This document shows positions 55,602 to 64,000 of a stretch of 64,000 nucleotides of DNA, one piece after another. Below the pieces are notes generated by a model. The model worked only from the letters and a program-made list of their open reading frames with translations, searched no databases and had not been told where the DNA came from. Position 1 is the first letter of the stretch. Each line of letters starts with the position of its first letter. Source of the stretch: an uncultured Gammaproteobacteria bacterium. GTDB taxonomy: Bacteria; Patescibacteriota; Microgenomatia; Daviesbacterales; UBA10151. The stretch spans positions 660 through 64,659 of the forward strand of contig CAYHYM010000004.1 in assembly GCA_964360965.1 (NCBI GenBank), given 5' to 3'. The translations under genes were made by a program, and so were the position numbers.

Positions 55602-56534
55602 TTATACCCCCAAGTAATAGATAATTCCCACCACCATTGAAATCCATAAAATTACGGTAATAAGCAGAGGTTTGTCAGTGATCAAAACCCGCTCAGGAGA
55701 TTCCCCTTCTTTTTTCTCATAGATGATATATAGATATCTCATTACTCCATAAATCACCACCGGTACTGTAGCCATTAAATATTTGGCTTCGGTAATAGGA
55801 ATATTAAGTTCGTCAAAAAGACTGGTGATTGGTCCTTTTACCAAAATCGGCGGTTGCAGAAAAGCAAAAAATGCGTATGTTAGCCAGGTTGAATTGGCAA
55901 ACATAGAGGTTAATATGTCAAGCAGATTTTCCGGATAATAAAGAAGCGTTTCACGGTGTTTGGGGGCATGTTGTTGCATCAGGGTTCTTTCTGATCTTCT
56001 TTTCCCTATGGCCAAAAAAAGAGCGAAAGAAATAATTGACAGTAAAAACCAGACGTTAAGATGGGCATCAGTTACCCAAATTCCGGCAAATACCCTTAAA
56101 ACAAATCCTGCGGCAATTACCATCACATCAAGCAGGATAATCTGTTTAAGATACGCGGAATAAAAAAGCTGCAGGATCAGATAAAGTAGTGAGGCTATGA
56201 AAAAAAGGGGGGATAAATTATAAGATAAGGGTAAAAGGATAACTATTAATATCAGGGATATAAAAACCGCAACTTGAGGAGGGATTATGCCTTGTGCAAT
56301 TGGTCTTCTTTTTTTAAATGGATGGTTCCTATCTCTTTCAATATCAAAGACATCATTTAAAAGATAGCTGGCTGATGAAAGTCCGCAAAATATTAAAAAA
56401 GCAAAAATGGCCTTATTTTGATAAATAGGGTCAAATAAAGATCCTGAAAATATTAAACCTGCAAAAATAGCAAAGTTTTTTACCCATTGTCTGGGTCTTG
56501 TCGCTCGGATAAGTCCCCAAAAAAATTCAACCAC
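55602..56534 (-). CDS. UbiA-family prenyl/phosphoribosyl transferase (decaprenyl-phosphate phosphoribosyltransferase-like)
   Basis: NDVFDIERD (NDxxDxxxD) motif, polytopic. Confidence 0.6.
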   Translation of the reverse strand: MVEFFWGLIRATRPRQWVKNFAIFAGLIFSGSLFDPIYQNKAIFAFLIFCGLSSASYLLNDVFDIERDRNHPFKKRRPIAQGIIPPQVAVFISLILIVILLPLSYNLSPLFFIASLLYLILQLFYSAYLKQIILLDVMVIAAGFVLRVFAGIWVTDAHLNVWFLLSIISFALFLAIGKRRSERTLMQQHAPKHRETLLYYPENLLDILTSMFANSTWLTYAFFAFLQPPILVKGPITSLFDELNIPITEAKYLMATVPVVIYGVMRYLYIIYEKKEGESPERVLITDKPLLITVILWISMVVGIIYYLGV

Positions 56535-57523
56535 AAAATCCCTCCCAATATAATTGTTGCCACCAAAACAGCGGCAAATAATTTACCTTTGCTGTCTAAA
56601 GTTAAAGCAATTGCTCCCAGAATAGCACTTCCCAATATATAAAACAAGGTAATCTGCCTATGGGATAGCCCTAAATCAAGTAAACGATGATGCAAATGGT
56701 TTCGATCTCCCCAAACAGGAGATTTACCGGATAAAATTCTCCGGAAAAAAGTATAGACAAAATCAGTAGCAGGGACAAGCAGGGTTAGTAAGGCTGTTGC
56801 CAACTTTGCCCCGGATAAAATAGACAGAGTGGCAATTAAAAATCCAAAAATAGTGGAACCGGAAAAACCGGGGAAAATTTTGGCAGGGTACCAATTCATT
56901 ATTAAAAACCCCAAAGCGCTGCCTGCTGTTGCAAACGCCAATTTGGTGACTGTCAGTTGGTTGGGGTCACCATCAAGATATAGTTTGAAAGATAAAAGTC
57001 CTAAGACCAGCGCGGTAATTACTACAATCCCGGGCATTTGGCCATCTACCCCTTTTGACCAGTTAATCATATTCATCACCCACACAATCCAAAGAAGAGT
57101 TAGAAGATTTCCAACTGTCTGGTCAAGGGGAATGATGCCGCCTAAGGGATTGGTTATAAAGTTAATAGTGGTGCCGGTGCCAACAATGATGATGGCTGCT
57201 ATAAACTGGGTAAGCAGTCTGATATAGGGAGAAAAATTTTGATATTTATCATCCAAAAGTCCAGTTATGAGCAGTATCAAAATTCCCAGCACAAGCCCAA
57301 TAATTTGTTTTTCCAGAGGAATAAATAAAATAATGGTAATGACAATGCCAATAAAACAGGCCAGCCCCCCGGCGCGAGGCACTATTCTTTTCAAAACTCT
57401 TCCCGGATGAGGTCGTTTGCGGGGATCATCCAAAAGTGTAAACCGGCGGGCAATTTTAATGGTGGGGAAAATGGAAATTAAGGTAATGACAAAAGCAATT
57501 GTAAGAATTATTAAAAGGATCAT
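56480..57523 (-). CDS. MraY/WecA-family (GT4) polyprenyl-phosphate N-acetylhexosamine-1-phosphate transferase
   Basis: GLLDDK and NMINWSKGVDGQ (NxxNxxDGxDG) motifs. Confidence 0.6.
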   Translation of the reverse strand: MILLIILTIAFVITLISIFPTIKIARRFTLLDDPRKRPHPGRVLKRIVPRAGGLACFIGIVITIILFIPLEKQIIGLVLGILILLITGLLDDKYQNFSPYIRLLTQFIAAIIIVGTGTTINFITNPLGGIIPLDQTVGNLLTLLWIVWVMNMINWSKGVDGQMPGIVVITALVLGLLSFKLYLDGDPNQLTVTKLAFATAGSALGFLIMNWYPAKIFPGFSGSTIFGFLIATLSILSGAKLATALLTLLVPATDFVYTFFRRILSGKSPVWGDRNHLHHRLLDLGLSHRQITLFYILGSAILGAIALTLDSKGKLFAAVLVATIILGGILWLNFFGDLSERQDPDNG

Positions 57524-57524
57524 T

Positions 57525-57866
57525 TTAGATAAAGATGGTAATAATTTTTAAGCCGGTTATAAAAAGGACTATATCAACCACTGCTGTGGAGATGATAAGG
57601 ATGCGTTTGATAAGAAACTGAGACGGGTGAAGCTGAAGGTATAGCAGGATATTACATAAGCTAATAAGGGCAATATTGGCTGGTAAGATTAAAAATTGCA
57701 GTTTTTGAGTAAGTTGAGCCTCTCCCCATGAAAGAGAGTAAAAAAGAGGCAGTTTTGCCGGTAAAAACGCATAAAAAATCAGCAAGATTAAACAAAGAAG
57801 TAGCGAGCAAGCGATAGAAAATAGAATAGGCAATGTTAGGTATTTATCTTTACGAGCTAAATTCAT
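57525..57866 (-). CDS. small polytopic membrane protein
   Basis: Three to four hydrophobic helices. Confidence 0.3.
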   Translation of the reverse strand: MNLARKDKYLTLPILFSIACSLLLCLILLIFYAFLPAKLPLFYSLSWGEAQLTQKLQFLILPANIALISLCNILLYLQLHPSQFLIKRILIISTAVVDIVLFITGLKIITIFI

Positions 57867-59647
57867 TAGGTAGCCCTTACTCTTACTTTGGTGGTGACGC
57901 GAAATTTTAAATACTTCCCAAACATCATTGATGTTTGGGCATCAAGGGCTGGGAGGGTGGAGATGGTGACAATGATAATAGGTATCAAAACCCACTGAAT
58001 ATAGGACCATAGTTTTTGTAAGATAGACCAAGACTCCGGCCTTTTGGGAACCGTTTTTTCGTGGACATAGATGGTGGCAAATATTCCCAAAAAGGCGATA
58101 GTTAATATCCAGGAGGAGATAAACGGCAGGTTATAAGAAACTACAGATTGAGCATAGTCAGGATTAATCAATGGAATAAGCAGTCCGGCAAAAGTGACAA
58201 ATAAAGCCAAGATTCCCCAGCGCAAATAACCCCAAACGACAAAAAGCAGTTTATCTGTTTTATCCCAAAAATCCAAATCTTTATTTTTAAAATACTGTTT
58301 AACAATAAAAGGAATGTGTTCTACCCCATAAGCCCAGCGTTTTTGTTGTAAATATTGATTTTGTAGAGTCTTAAATAAAGTGACATCCAAAACCGCATCG
58401 GCGGAGATGGGTAAAAAGTGGGGGATCACTTTGTAGTCTCCTTTAAAATGAAAGTAAGCCTTCCAATAAAATCCGGAATCATCATTAACTTTATCGGGAA
58501 TCCACAGGCCCACATTCAGCAGAGATTTTAGATTAATAGACAAAGAGGCAAAATTCATATATTTATCAGAGCCCACCATCTCTGATAACTGCCAAAATGA
58601 AGTACCTGCTGCCATCAGTCTCATGGGGGTAGGTACCTGCCAATAGTTGTTATGATATAAAAACATTCCGGTGTAGCTTCTTTTATCACGAATGTTGGCC
58701 GGGGTGGACAGATACTTGTGCAGCGCTCCGGCTAAAAATTGAGGATGAATCACAAAATCAGCATCTAAAGTGGTAACAATTACCTGTTCCTCTTTGATGC
58801 CTAATTTTTTAAACTGCTCCACGGCATTATTAATCATGTAATTTCTATTAGTTCCCGGGCCTGGTATTTCTCCAGGTAAACCAAAGGGGTGGATGGTGGT
58901 AAAGACTCCACCGATCTTTTGGCTTAAGTTATTCAAGTAAGTTTGAGTTTTTTTAATTTTTTCCGGATCATTTTGATACTCTCTTTCCTCAAAACCTACT
59001 GCTAAAAATATTTTATCTTTGGGATAATTAGCAGAAACAACGGCATCAAAGACTGGCAGCACCACCTCTAAAGGTTCTTTATAAGTGGGTACGGCAATTA
59101 AATGATAGTAATTTTGCCAATTGTCAGAAAAATCTTTATCTAATTTTTGTAGCCAGTTTTGTTTTTTGGCTTCTTCCATCTTTCTATAACCGATGATGAT
59201 CAAAACTGCTATTTTTAAAGAGCTAATCAGCCAATAAATATCGGCCAAAAGTATCAGATATGCCACTGCAAAAGGTAGAGTAAATGATAACCAGATGGGA
59301 GAGGTGAGGGCAATCCAGGTTAGAGCTCCCGGGAATATCTCTAAAAACCTCTCTACTGTTGTTTCATGTTTTCTGACAAAGTCTTTTTCTAACTTTTCTG
59401 AAAAAACAAAACTTTCTCGCAGCAAATGATGAACGATCATCCCTATACCGGAACCGGTCATGAAGATAGATAACAGAGTGCGGCTGGGGTCACTGATGAT
59501 GATTTCTCCCAAAAAGAGGATTGTCAGTCCGGTTAGTACTAATATTAAACCTAGGACACTGCGGTGTAAGTGCCGTCCTCTTAAGATTACCTCTGATAGG
59601 TAAAAGGAAAGTACGCCACCAAGAATAAAAAAGAGAACGATTCTCAT
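57866..59647 (-). CDS. processive family-2 glycosyltransferase (cellulose/chitin-synthase-like)
   Basis: TM helices flanking a GT2 domain with DAD and QQKRW (QxxRW) motifs. Confidence 0.65.
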   Translation of the reverse strand: MRIVLFFILGGVLSFYLSEVILRGRHLHRSVLGLILVLTGLTILFLGEIIISDPSRTLLSIFMTGSGIGMIVHHLLRESFVFSEKLEKDFVRKHETTVERFLEIFPGALTWIALTSPIWLSFTLPFAVAYLILLADIYWLISSLKIAVLIIIGYRKMEEAKKQNWLQKLDKDFSDNWQNYYHLIAVPTYKEPLEVVLPVFDAVVSANYPKDKIFLAVGFEEREYQNDPEKIKKTQTYLNNLSQKIGGVFTTIHPFGLPGEIPGPGTNRNYMINNAVEQFKKLGIKEEQVIVTTLDADFVIHPQFLAGALHKYLSTPANIRDKRSYTGMFLYHNNYWQVPTPMRLMAAGTSFWQLSEMVGSDKYMNFASLSINLKSLLNVGLWIPDKVNDDSGFYWKAYFHFKGDYKVIPHFLPISADAVLDVTLFKTLQNQYLQQKRWAYGVEHIPFIVKQYFKNKDLDFWDKTDKLLFVVWGYLRWGILALFVTFAGLLIPLINPDYAQSVVSYNLPFISSWILTIAFLGIFATIYVHEKTVPKRPESWSILQKLWSYIQWVLIPIIIVTISTLPALDAQTSMMFGKYLKFRVTTKVRVRAT

Positions 59648-60549
59648 GCCTTAATTATGCCAATTTTGCTGACGTTTTGCCACATCTGATCCACAATTTG
59701 ATCAATTGGTTGATTTTTTATCCGGGCAATTTCTTTAACCACTTCTAAAACATAGGCAGGTTCGTTTCTCTGTCCCCGTTTTGATTGTGGCGGTAAAAAA
59801 GGAGAATCAGTTTCGATGGTAATTTTTTCCAAAGGTAGGATCCTGGCGGCTTCTTGTAGATATTCATTTTGGGGATAGGTGATATTGCCGGCAAAGGAAA
59901 CCAGGAAATTAGTTTGCAGTATGCGGTTGGTAGTTGGTAGTAAGCCACTATAACAGTGGTAAATACCAAAGTAGTCTTTTGTCATCTTCAAGACTTCATC
60001 CCAGGCCGAAGGAGACGAAGTCTCCGCAGGTGGTGAGCCACTCGGCACTGAGCTCACGGCCGAAGTGCCTGTCGAACCGCTACTTTTTGATCTGTCATCC
60101 CGGCAGTGAACAATTAAAGGAAGGTTAAGTTTTTTTGCTAAATCAATTTGAGCTTGGAAAAGCTGCCTTTGTAGGTTTTTAACAATAAACACCTCCGAGG
60201 TGGGCTTTGACTCCCCGGAGGTGGAGAAAGCATAATCCAGGCCGCACTCTCCAACAGCTACTACTTTATCTACATTATCTAAATATATTTTTTCTAAACT
60301 TTTTATATCTTTTTGGATAGATATGTCTAGGTTATCTTTATACTTAACTGCCTCATGAGGATGAATGCCAATCGAAGAATAAAATTTTAATTTGTTAGAA
60401 TTTAACTCTGCTGCGATTTTGGAAGTTTCAACATCTACACCAATATTAATGATAATGCCTACATCAGCATCTAAGGAATGTCTAATCACTTCGTCAAAGT
60501 CTTGTTTAAAACTATCCCAATATAAATGTGCATGAGTATCAATTAACAT
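59644..60549 (-). CDS. tatD: TatD-family metal-dependent DNase with an about 33-aa in-frame low-complexity insertion
   Basis: MLIDTHAHL, VGECGLDY and IVHCRD blocks; the insertion DRSKSSGSTGTSAVSSVPSGSPPAETSSPSAWD is encoded by a GC-rich element. Confidence 0.8.
   Translation of the reverse strand: MLIDTHAHLYWDSFKQDFDEVIRHSLDADVGIIINIGVDVETSKIAAELNSNKLKFYSSIGIHPHEAVKYKDNLDISIQKDIKSLEKIYLDNVDKVVAVGECGLDYAFSTSGESKPTSEVFIVKNLQRQLFQAQIDLAKKLNLPLIVHCRDDRSKSSGSTGTSAVSSVPSGSPPAETSSPSAWDEVLKMTKDYFGIYHCYSGLLPTTNRILQTNFLVSFAGNITYPQNEYLQEAARILPLEKITIETDSPFLPPQSKRGQRNEPAYVLEVVKEIARIKNQPIDQIVDQMWQNVSKIGIIKA
59995..60112. repeat. GC-rich hairpin-rich element inside tatD (family-1-like gtcatccc ends plus a gtcgaaccgct core)
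   Basis: Hairpins ggagacGAAgtctcc and ggtgagc...gctcac; about 62% GC. Confidence 0.7.
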
Positions 60550-61235
60550 TATTTTTTAAATACTACCCACCAATAGTAACGGTCATATATTTTATCTCCA
60601 AAACGAGTTGGTCTATGAACTAAATCAGAGTACTGAACTTTAAAAAAAGGAAACTCTGTAGTTATCTCTTCTAAATTAAAAGTTCTCTCTTGGTGACCCA
60701 TCTCAGGTATCACATAGGTATTTGGTTCGGGTCCAGGATGTTCTTGCAATAATTTTTGAGCCTCTTTATCATTGGTTCTGTCTAAAGTATAAATTACAAA
60801 TAACCCGTCTTTTTTTAAAACTCTAGCAAGTTGTTCTTTGTAAGATTCTAATTGTTCTCTTGTTAAGAGGTGTGAGGTGACGAAATCTAATACATAATCC
60901 ATTGACTCATCTGCAAAAGGCCATCGGTCGGCAATATCTAGAACTTGATAACGAGCAACTAAACCCAGACCTTCAGCTCTACTTTGGGCTTGTTGGATTG
61001 CCACTTTAGAAAAATCCACTCCTATTGCATCAAAACCTTTTTGGGATAACCAATTGCTGTTACGTCCCATACCGCATCCTACTTCCAGTAAATTGCCTCT
61101 TAAAGGGATCTGCCTTTCCTCTAAGTATCTAACAAAAGTGATTGCTGAAATTGATGGTTCTTCAGAAGATAAGGCTCTAAAATGTGGGCTGCCTTGTGTA
61201 TATTCAGTGTTCCAATACTCAGCGCTATTTTTCAT
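60549..61235 (-). CDS. class I SAM-dependent methyltransferase
   Basis: LLEVGCGMGRN glycine-rich SAM motif I and a downstream acidic motif II. Confidence 0.6.
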   Translation of the reverse strand: MKNSAEYWNTEYTQGSPHFRALSSEEPSISAITFVRYLEERQIPLRGNLLEVGCGMGRNSNWLSQKGFDAIGVDFSKVAIQQAQSRAEGLGLVARYQVLDIADRWPFADESMDYVLDFVTSHLLTREQLESYKEQLARVLKKDGLFVIYTLDRTNDKEAQKLLQEHPGPEPNTYVIPEMGHQERTFNLEEITTEFPFFKVQYSDLVHRPTRFGDKIYDRYYWWVVFKK

Positions 61236-62680
61236 ATCCTGGGAAAAAGTGGTGGAGCAGATTTAATACTACCTGAAAATTGCTTCAAAATCTTCTCACT
61301 AGTTTCTGGTAAAAATGGTTGGAGGTTGTAAGCAATATCTCTAACTCTCATCCATAAGTCATCTTCTAAATACTCTGTGCCATCATCTGTAAGCTGATTT
61401 GCAAATTCTTCTTTCCCTAGTTCCCATGGTTTTTTCTCATTGAGTAATTTATCAGTCTCTCTAATTTGATCCCACACTACAGCTAGTGCTTCATTAAATT
61501 TATACTCCCTTAGCTTATCTTCAATTCTGGAATCAAGAATGGAAGGATCGTCTTCACCCATGATTGTAAACTCTAAATTATTATTTTCAAATAATTTAGC
61601 TATCCTAGCCACCAAATTCCCTAAACCATTAGCTAAATCTGCATTATAGACTTCTTTAAATCTTTCAATGGTAAAGTCTCCATCTGCATCTATGGGGATT
61701 TGAGAAAGCATGTAGTATCTTAAAGGTTCCAGTCCATATTCTTTAACAACATCTTGAGGAGAAATAACATTACCGACTGATTTAGAAATTTTTTCTCCCT
61801 TTAGATTAACAAATCCATGAATCAAGATTTGTTTTGGAAGAGGCAACTTGGCAGATAAAAGCATAGCCGGCCAATAAACAGTGTGGAACCTATTTATATC
61901 TTTCCCAATAATATGTAAATCCGCTGGCCACCACTTTCTCCACATATCCTCATCCCACCCAAAACCTACACCAGTCATATAAATATTCAAGGCATCGTAC
62001 CAGACATAAATTTTTTGATCGGGATCATCTGGAACCGGTACACCGATACCTTTTGCTCGTTCATTTGACCTAGAGATACTGAAGTCCTCGAGTCCGGATT
62101 TGATAAACGACAGAGCCTCCTGTCTTTTATTTTCAGGGATAATTTTGAATTCATTTGTTTCAATGATTTGAATCAATTTATCTTGATATTTTGATAACCT
62201 AAAGAAATAATTTTCCTCTTTTATAAGATCTGGCTTTTGTTGATGAATAGAGCAAAAACCATCAGTTAGCTCTCCTTCAGTTTTGAAAGCCTCGCAACCC
62301 ACACAATAAAGACCCTTATATTCTTTTTTATAAATATCTCCATTTTCCAAACACAAGTTCCAAAATTTTTGTACCCCAGGCCAATGTTTTTTTTGGTCGG
62401 AGCCTCGCTGGAAAATATCTAAATGCACACCTAAAAATTCATAGGTGTCATGCCAAATTTTGGAATTTCGATCTAAAAATTGTTGAACCGGTAAACCTTC
62501 TGCTTCTGCTGCCTGAACATTTTTTAAAGCATTTTCATCTGCTCCTGAAAGAAGTAAAGTTTCGTAACCCTTGAGCTGATAATATCTGCGGATGGTATCT
62601 GCCTGAAAATATTCCAGTGAGTGGCCCACATGGGGTAGCCCATTAACATATGGTATTGCTGTAGTTATAAAATACTTCAC
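61232..62680 (-). CDS. metG: methionyl-tRNA synthetase (minimal form)
   Basis: HIGH region PYVNGLPHVGHS, zinc knuckle CVGCE...C, KMSKS-like KISKS. Confidence 0.75.
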   Translation of the reverse strand: MKYFITTAIPYVNGLPHVGHSLEYFQADTIRRYYQLKGYETLLLSGADENALKNVQAAEAEGLPVQQFLDRNSKIWHDTYEFLGVHLDIFQRGSDQKKHWPGVQKFWNLCLENGDIYKKEYKGLYCVGCEAFKTEGELTDGFCSIHQQKPDLIKEENYFFRLSKYQDKLIQIIETNEFKIIPENKRQEALSFIKSGLEDFSISRSNERAKGIGVPVPDDPDQKIYVWYDALNIYMTGVGFGWDEDMWRKWWPADLHIIGKDINRFHTVYWPAMLLSAKLPLPKQILIHGFVNLKGEKISKSVGNVISPQDVVKEYGLEPLRYYMLSQIPIDADGDFTIERFKEVYNADLANGLGNLVARIAKLFENNNLEFTIMGEDDPSILDSRIEDKLREYKFNEALAVVWDQIRETDKLLNEKKPWELGKEEFANQLTDDGTEYLEDDLWMRVRDIAYNLQPFLPETSEKILKQFSGSIKSAPPLFPRI

Positions 62681-62731
62681 GTTTTTTGAATCCTTTCAAA
62701 AAAGGCAAGGTTCTGCGAGCGAAGCAGGTCC

Positions 62732-63115
62732 TTATCTCTTTCTCTTGATGAGATGCTTTAGTTTAGGCACGTTTGAAGAAGAAGTCAAGCGAGATTTAGG
62801 TTTTTTAAAGTAGCTAATAAAAAGATAAACAGAGATAGCTGTTAATGTTACTGTGACAAAATTTAAAACATCTAGGGCTTTTAATAAAAGAATAATGATT
62901 ATCCCAAAAGAGATAAAGGCAGAAATTAATAAAAAATCAGCAGCTATATTAATAGTAAGGGTTAAAGCAAAAAAAAGTGGAGTCAAAAAAGCTAATAGTT
63001 GTAAGGGTGTAGCTTGAGTTAAAGTTTGAGGATAAGGAACTCCTTGAAAGATGACAAATAAAAAAATTCCCCAGCAGATTAAAGCCAGTAAAGCTTTGGA
63101 CAGCAGCTTGAGCAT
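62732..63115 (-). CDS. small polytopic membrane protein
   Basis: Four hydrophobic helices, basic C-terminus. Confidence 0.3.
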   Translation of the reverse strand: MLKLLSKALLALICWGIFLFVIFQGVPYPQTLTQATPLQLLAFLTPLFFALTLTINIAADFLLISAFISFGIIIILLLKALDVLNFVTVTLTAISVYLFISYFKKPKSRLTSSSNVPKLKHLIKRKR

Positions 63116-63178
63116 AGTTTAATTGTAGCTTAAACTCCTATTACTTCAAAGGTTGAGCCCACTGAATTTTTAGAAACC

Positions 63179-63403
63179 TCAAAGTAATTTTTTAAGTTCA
63201 TCAATAGAAATTTCAGCAGATTTTAAAATACTCATTAAAGTTTTTCTTTTGATAACTTTATTATGATAAGCAATAGTGGCTCTGAGAGTTTTATCAGAAT
63301 TGTACATGACATAATGGCTTCCACTAATATGATCTATTATAAAGTCCTTTCTTTGTAGAGCTTTGATAACCTCTTTTGGTTTAACAATCGGAATTTTTGG
63401 CAT
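63179..63403 (-). CDS. hicA: HicA-family toxin
   Basis: MPKIPIVKPKEVIKALQRKDF...GSH... matches the HicA pattern. Confidence 0.65.
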   Translation of the reverse strand: MPKIPIVKPKEVIKALQRKDFIIDHISGSHYVMYNSDKTLRATIAYHNKVIKRKTLMSILKSAEISIDELKKLL

Positions 63404-63664
63404 TTAAGAAGGGGAGGAGATGGGTATATCTATGGTGGTCATAAAGCTGGGCCCTTTTTCTTCAGGGACAGGTTCATGATGTTTTTTCAAACTAGCAATA
63501 TACCCAGTTATAGCATCTTTAACCATCTCTACAGCTTCTTCTAAACTGTCCCCCTCTGTGATACAACCTGGTAGGGCAGGAACATAGACTACATAGCCAC
63601 CTTCTTCAGCTGGTTCAAAAATAGCAGTATATTTTAGAATTTTTTGAGAGATCTTCTTAGTCAT
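63404..63664 (-). CDS. hicB: HicB-family antitoxin
   Basis: Paralog of 41655..41918; immediately upstream of hicA. Confidence 0.6.
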   Translation of the reverse strand: MTKKISQKILKYTAIFEPAEEGGYVVYVPALPGCITEGDSLEEAVEMVKDAITGYIASLKKHHEPVPEEKGPSFMTTIDIPISSPS

Positions 63665-63700
63665 AGTTTAATTTTACTACTTTTTACTTTCAAAAACTAG

Positions 63701-63973
63701 ATGCTTGACATCCAGAGAGAAAGAGAGTTAAATAAAGGTAATATGGAAGAAAAAAATGACGGTGAGCCTGGAAAAGTATGGGAGGGTTTTGATAGTTTAA
63801 GTGCTAGAGAAAAAGAAGGAGTAATTCAGGATCTAAAAAGCAGTTTTGAAGAAAAATTGGGTAATACAGATCCTAAAGTTAAAGAGATTCTTGTCGATAA
63901 CTGGGAAAGCATGGTAAGAGTAGCAGCTGGTGTAGCCAAACCTCAGAAGAGTTTAGGTAATCAAGAGGAATAA
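63701..63973 (+). CDS. hypothetical acidic protein
   Basis: ORF only. Confidence 0.3.
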   Translation: MLDIQRERELNKGNMEEKNDGEPGKVWEGFDSLSAREKEGVIQDLKSSFEEKLGNTDPKVKEILVDNWESMVRVAAGVAKPQKSLGNQEE

Positions 63974-64000
63974 TATTTTAAGTTCCTATTACTTCAAAGG

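Noticed and set aside
1-64000. Search for rRNA, tRNA and CRISPR arrays
   Set aside because: No T-loop/anticodon-arm-like tRNA signatures, rRNA-like conserved blocks or regularly spaced direct repeats found by eye. The 42890..43020 GC block could not be matched to tRNA, SRP RNA, tmRNA or RNase P RNA features.

Overview
This is an AT-rich segment (roughly 37-40% GC by eye) whose gene content and style point to a small-genome Gram-positive-like or Candidate-Phyla-Radiation (Patescibacteria-type) bacterium. The evidence is many small membrane proteins, DUF4012, PEGA and VanW domains, reduced aminoacyl-tRNA synthetases, and a Gram-positive-type T4SS. The window covers the chromosomal origin neighbourhood: rpmH-rnpA-yidD-yidC-jag on the + strand and dnaA-(small ORF)-dnaN on the - strand, with clear TTATCCACA DnaA boxes on both sides of dnaA. 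Core genes include valS, tsaD, rplY/ctc, rnhA, groES-groEL, metG, tatD, thpR, a SpoIID-domain protein, an M23 peptidase, VanW, and an envelope cluster (UbiA-like, MraY/WecA-like GT4, cellulose-synthase-like GT2). The largest accessory block (2.6-16.7 kb) is a Gram-positive-type T4SS-like locus. It has five paralogous VirB2/TrbC-like pilin genes sharing a W..SGG.KE...AR.RI..A.VG motif, a VirB6-like polytopic protein, a PrgI/VirB3-like protein, a VirB4 ATPase split across two overlapping ORFs, a VirB1/PrgK-like lytic transglycosylase, and two large unknown proteins on the opposite strand. There are several type II TA modules: AbrB-type antitoxin with a frameshifted Doc; RHH-PIN; and three HicAB pairs, one with a degraded HicA. 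An amino-acid amidohydrolase island (glutaminase with C-terminal ankyrin repeats, a duplicated ankyrin ORF, L-asparaginase, Asp/Glu-racemase-like protein) is bounded by direct copies of the thpR 3' end. The most striking feature is a population of GC-rich, palindromic, MITE/RPE-like mini-elements with GTCAT...ATGAC-type termini and a second CCTTCGAC...CTCAGG family. They occur in intergenic sites and also as in-frame insertions inside conserved genes (tsaD, valS, tatD, rnpA, dnaN, a Cas4-like nuclease, the groES 5' end). No rRNA, tRNA or CRISPR array was recognised.
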